From: Streptomyces phage Muntaha
DNA: 24,000 nt
Reading direction: 5' to 3' (one strand)
Sequence record: MT024872.1
A model generated the notes under the pieces. That model saw only the letters and a program-made list of their open reading frames with translations. It searched no databases and was not told where the DNA came from. Of this stretch, positions 22,128 through 24,000 are shown one piece after another (positions within the stretch are counted from its first letter, which is position 1; every line of letters begins with the position of its first letter). The position numbers were made by a program, and so were the translations under genes.

Positions 22128-23183
22128 ATGGTTCACGTTTCTGAGATTTTCTCAACCGATGACCTTGAGCAGGCTATCGAAAACGGTTATGTCCGAGTGA
22201 ACCCGCACCCGACTGCTCCGCTGGCCATCCTCGGCTACACGGAGAAGGCGCAGTTTGACAGGATGTGGAACGACGTTACGCTTAACTGCCGTGGCCTGAT
22301 TATCGACCACGATGGTTTTGTTGTAGCTCGGCCGTGGAAGAAGTTCTTCAACTTCGGTGAGCGTCCGCTTATGTTTGACACTGACGCTCCGGTTGAGGTG
22401 ACTGACAAGAAGGATGGCTCTCTCGGTATTCTTTACCGGGACCCGGTGACTGGCGATTATGCAATTTCGACCCGAGGTTCTTTTACTTCGGACCAGGCAA
22501 TTCACGCGACCGAGCTGTTCAACAAGAAGTACAGCCACATTGTGACTCCTTTCAAGGAGACCACGTTCCTCTTTGAGATTGTTTATCCGAAGAATCGAAT
22601 CGTTCTGAACTACGGTGACATGGACGACCTGATTCTTCTGGGTGCTGTCGATAACGAGCGGGGTTACTACTGGGGTCCGCGTCAGGCGGCTGGCATTATG
22701 GGCTGGCCTGGCCCGGTTACCGAGGTCTTTCGGTACCGCTCCCTGAACGAGTGCTTCGGCGTCCACAGGGAAAATGCTGAGGGCCTGGTAATTCGTTCGG
22801 GTAGCGACATGGTGAAGTTGAAGCAGGCCGATTATGTCGAGCTGCACAGGATTGTCACCAACCTGAACGAGCGTTCTGTCTGGTCTCAGCTCAAGGACGG
22901 TAAGGCTGCTTACCAGATTTGTGAGCTTATCCCGGACGAGTGGCACGAGTGGGTCGTAGATGTTGCGCAGGCACTCTGGACCGAGTATTCTTCACTGGAG
23001 AACAAGGTTCTTGGTACGTACGCTGACCTTATCGGTGAGCTGCCGGGCGGGTTTACTCGTAAGCAGTTCGCGATGAAGGCAACCAAGACGCCTTATGCGG
23101 GTTATTTGTTCGCACTGCTTGACTGCAAGTCCATCAGTGATATGCTGTGGGAGGCAGTTAAGACCGAGGTGAACAACAAGTAG
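22128..23183 (+). CDS. T4 Rnl1-like RNA ligase
   Basis: RGLIID, FFNFGE, motif I DKKDGSLG (AMP-accepting Lys codon about 22410-22412), FEIVYP, EGLVIR, VKLK. Confidence 0.9.
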   Translation: MVHVSEIFSTDDLEQAIENGYVRVNPHPTAPLAILGYTEKAQFDRMWNDVTLNCRGLIIDHDGFVVARPWKKFFNFGERPLMFDTDAPVEVTDKKDGSLGILYRDPVTGDYAISTRGSFTSDQAIHATELFNKKYSHIVTPFKETTFLFEIVYPKNRIVLNYGDMDDLILLGAVDNERGYYWGPRQAAGIMGWPGPVTEVFRYRSLNECFGVHRENAEGLVIRSGSDMVKLKQADYVELHRIVTNLNERSVWSQLKDGKAAYQICELIPDEWHEWVVDVAQALWTEYSSLENKVLGTYADLIGELPGGFTRKQFAMKATKTPYAGYLFALLDCKSISDMLWEAVKTEVNNK

Positions 23184-23230
23184 TACCGGCCGCCCTTCGG
23201 GGCGGCAAGCTTTCCTGACGAGGAGGAATA

Positions 23231-23380
23231 ATGACTGTTGCTGAGCTTATCGCACACCTCCAGACCCTTGACCAGAACGCTAAGGTTGAGGTAACCTACG
23301 ATGACGGATACGGCGGGGGAGAGCTTGTCCCCTCCAACATTTACGTGACCGAAGGCACCGTCGAGATTCTGGCAGGATAA
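23231..23380 (+). CDS. 49-aa hypothetical protein MTVAELIAHLQTLDQNAKVEVTYDDGYGGGELVPSNIYVTEGTVEILAG
   Basis: SD GAGGAGG; TAATG coupling to next ORF. Confidence 0.75.
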   Translation: MTVAELIAHLQTLDQNAKVEVTYDDGYGGGELVPSNIYVTEGTVEILAG

Positions 23381-23622
23381 TGAACTACGAAGAAATAATC
23401 GAAGGTTATAATAGCCTCCGAGAGAAGTGCTTGGAGCTGGCCAAGAAAAACCCGGCTCTGTTCGGAGAGGATGCCTGGCTCCGAGGGGCTATACAGGAAG
23501 AAGATATTACGCTAGACTTCATCGAAGGGGTTGGCGTTGAGTGTCACGGTCTGGCTTACACAACCCAGACCATGGACCATGAAGTCTTCTGTTTCGTTAT
23601 TCCGTTCTCTGAGCTAGACTGA
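23380..23622 (+). CDS. 80-aa hypothetical protein
   Basis: ORF track. Confidence 0.75.
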   Translation: MNYEEIIEGYNSLREKCLELAKKNPALFGEDAWLRGAIQEEDITLDFIEGVGVECHGLAYTTQTMDHEVFCFVIPFSELD

Positions 23623-23667
23623 GAACGCGCCCGGAAACGGGCAAGCTCCCAACCAAGGAGATTCACC

Positions 23668-23910
23668 ATGCAGAGCAAGGCTGAGCGTTACACGGCCACC
23701 GTCTTTATCGGCATCATCGGCTTCTTCCTTGAGGGGTGGATGCTGATGCTGTTCCTTGGGGGTGTTCATCACGAGGTTCTTTCGTCGGTTAACCCGATTG
23801 GTTACTGGACTGCCTGTATCCTGTCGGTTCCGCTTGACATTCTGTTCACCTCATATTTCGCGATGACCTCCAACCGGGTTGACGAGATTCACAAGAGCGT
23901 GGTACTTTAA
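23668..23910 (+). CDS. 80-aa membrane protein
   Basis: ORF track; SD AAGGAG; hydrophobic. Confidence 0.75.
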   Translation: MQSKAERYTATVFIGIIGFFLEGWMLMLFLGGVHHEVLSSVNPIGYWTACILSVPLDILFTSYFAMTSNRVDEIHKSVVL

Positions 23911-23955
23911 TCACGCAGCCGGGGAAACCCGGCAAGCTTCCCAACCACAGGAGAT

Positions 23956-24000
23956 ATGATGAACAAGAAGAACGTTGCCCTTTCTCTCGCTGGCGTTGTC
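23956..24000 (+). CDS. 5' end of a hypothetical protein (MMNKKNVALSLAGVV...)
   Basis: SD ACAGGAG; runs off the window. Confidence 0.5.
   Translation, partial: MMNKKNVALSLAGVV

Noticed and set aside
22152-22946. 264-aa minus-strand ORF opposite the RNA ligase
   Set aside because: Shadow ORF; the + strand has complete ligase motifs.

Overview
The window looks like the tRNA/accessory region of a large tailed actinobacteriophage. A Streptomyces phage of the tRNA-rich, tmRNA-encoding kind is my inference from gene content, not from a search. Every supported gene is on the + strand. I read 22 tRNA genes with cloverleafs checked by eye (Ala, Lys x2, Met, initiator-like Met, Phe, Tyr, His, Cys, Arg x2, Asn, Leu x2, Val, Glu x3, Gly x2, Gln, Ser), one complete tmRNA encoding the tag ANSRNAFALAA, and one degenerate tRNA-like element. 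Recognisable proteins: macrodomain, RIIA-like GHKL ATPase, RIIB-like protein with a cysteine-rich tail, calcineurin-like phosphoesterase, WhiB-like regulator, two-TM potassium-channel-like protein with a TTGYGD filter, SNase-like nuclease, KTSC-like protein, thioredoxin-like protein, and an Rnl1-like RNA ligase. The rest are mostly small unknown ORFs, many overlapping by 1-4 nt. The strongest leads are: (1) a recurrent intergenic module, a perfect hairpin directly followed by AAGCT[T/C] and then a linker to the Shine-Dalgarno, seen about 15 times; (2) several structured non-tRNA RNAs inside the tRNA array; (3) an exact 190-bp tandem duplication of a tRNA-Glu plus a structured spacer; (4) a family of TTGACA-N17/18-TAnnAT promoters, many with an inverted repeat spanning the spacer; (5) a K+ channel-like protein; (6) an RNA ligase encoded with the tRNA array. 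No CRISPR, reverse transcriptase or transposase was seen.
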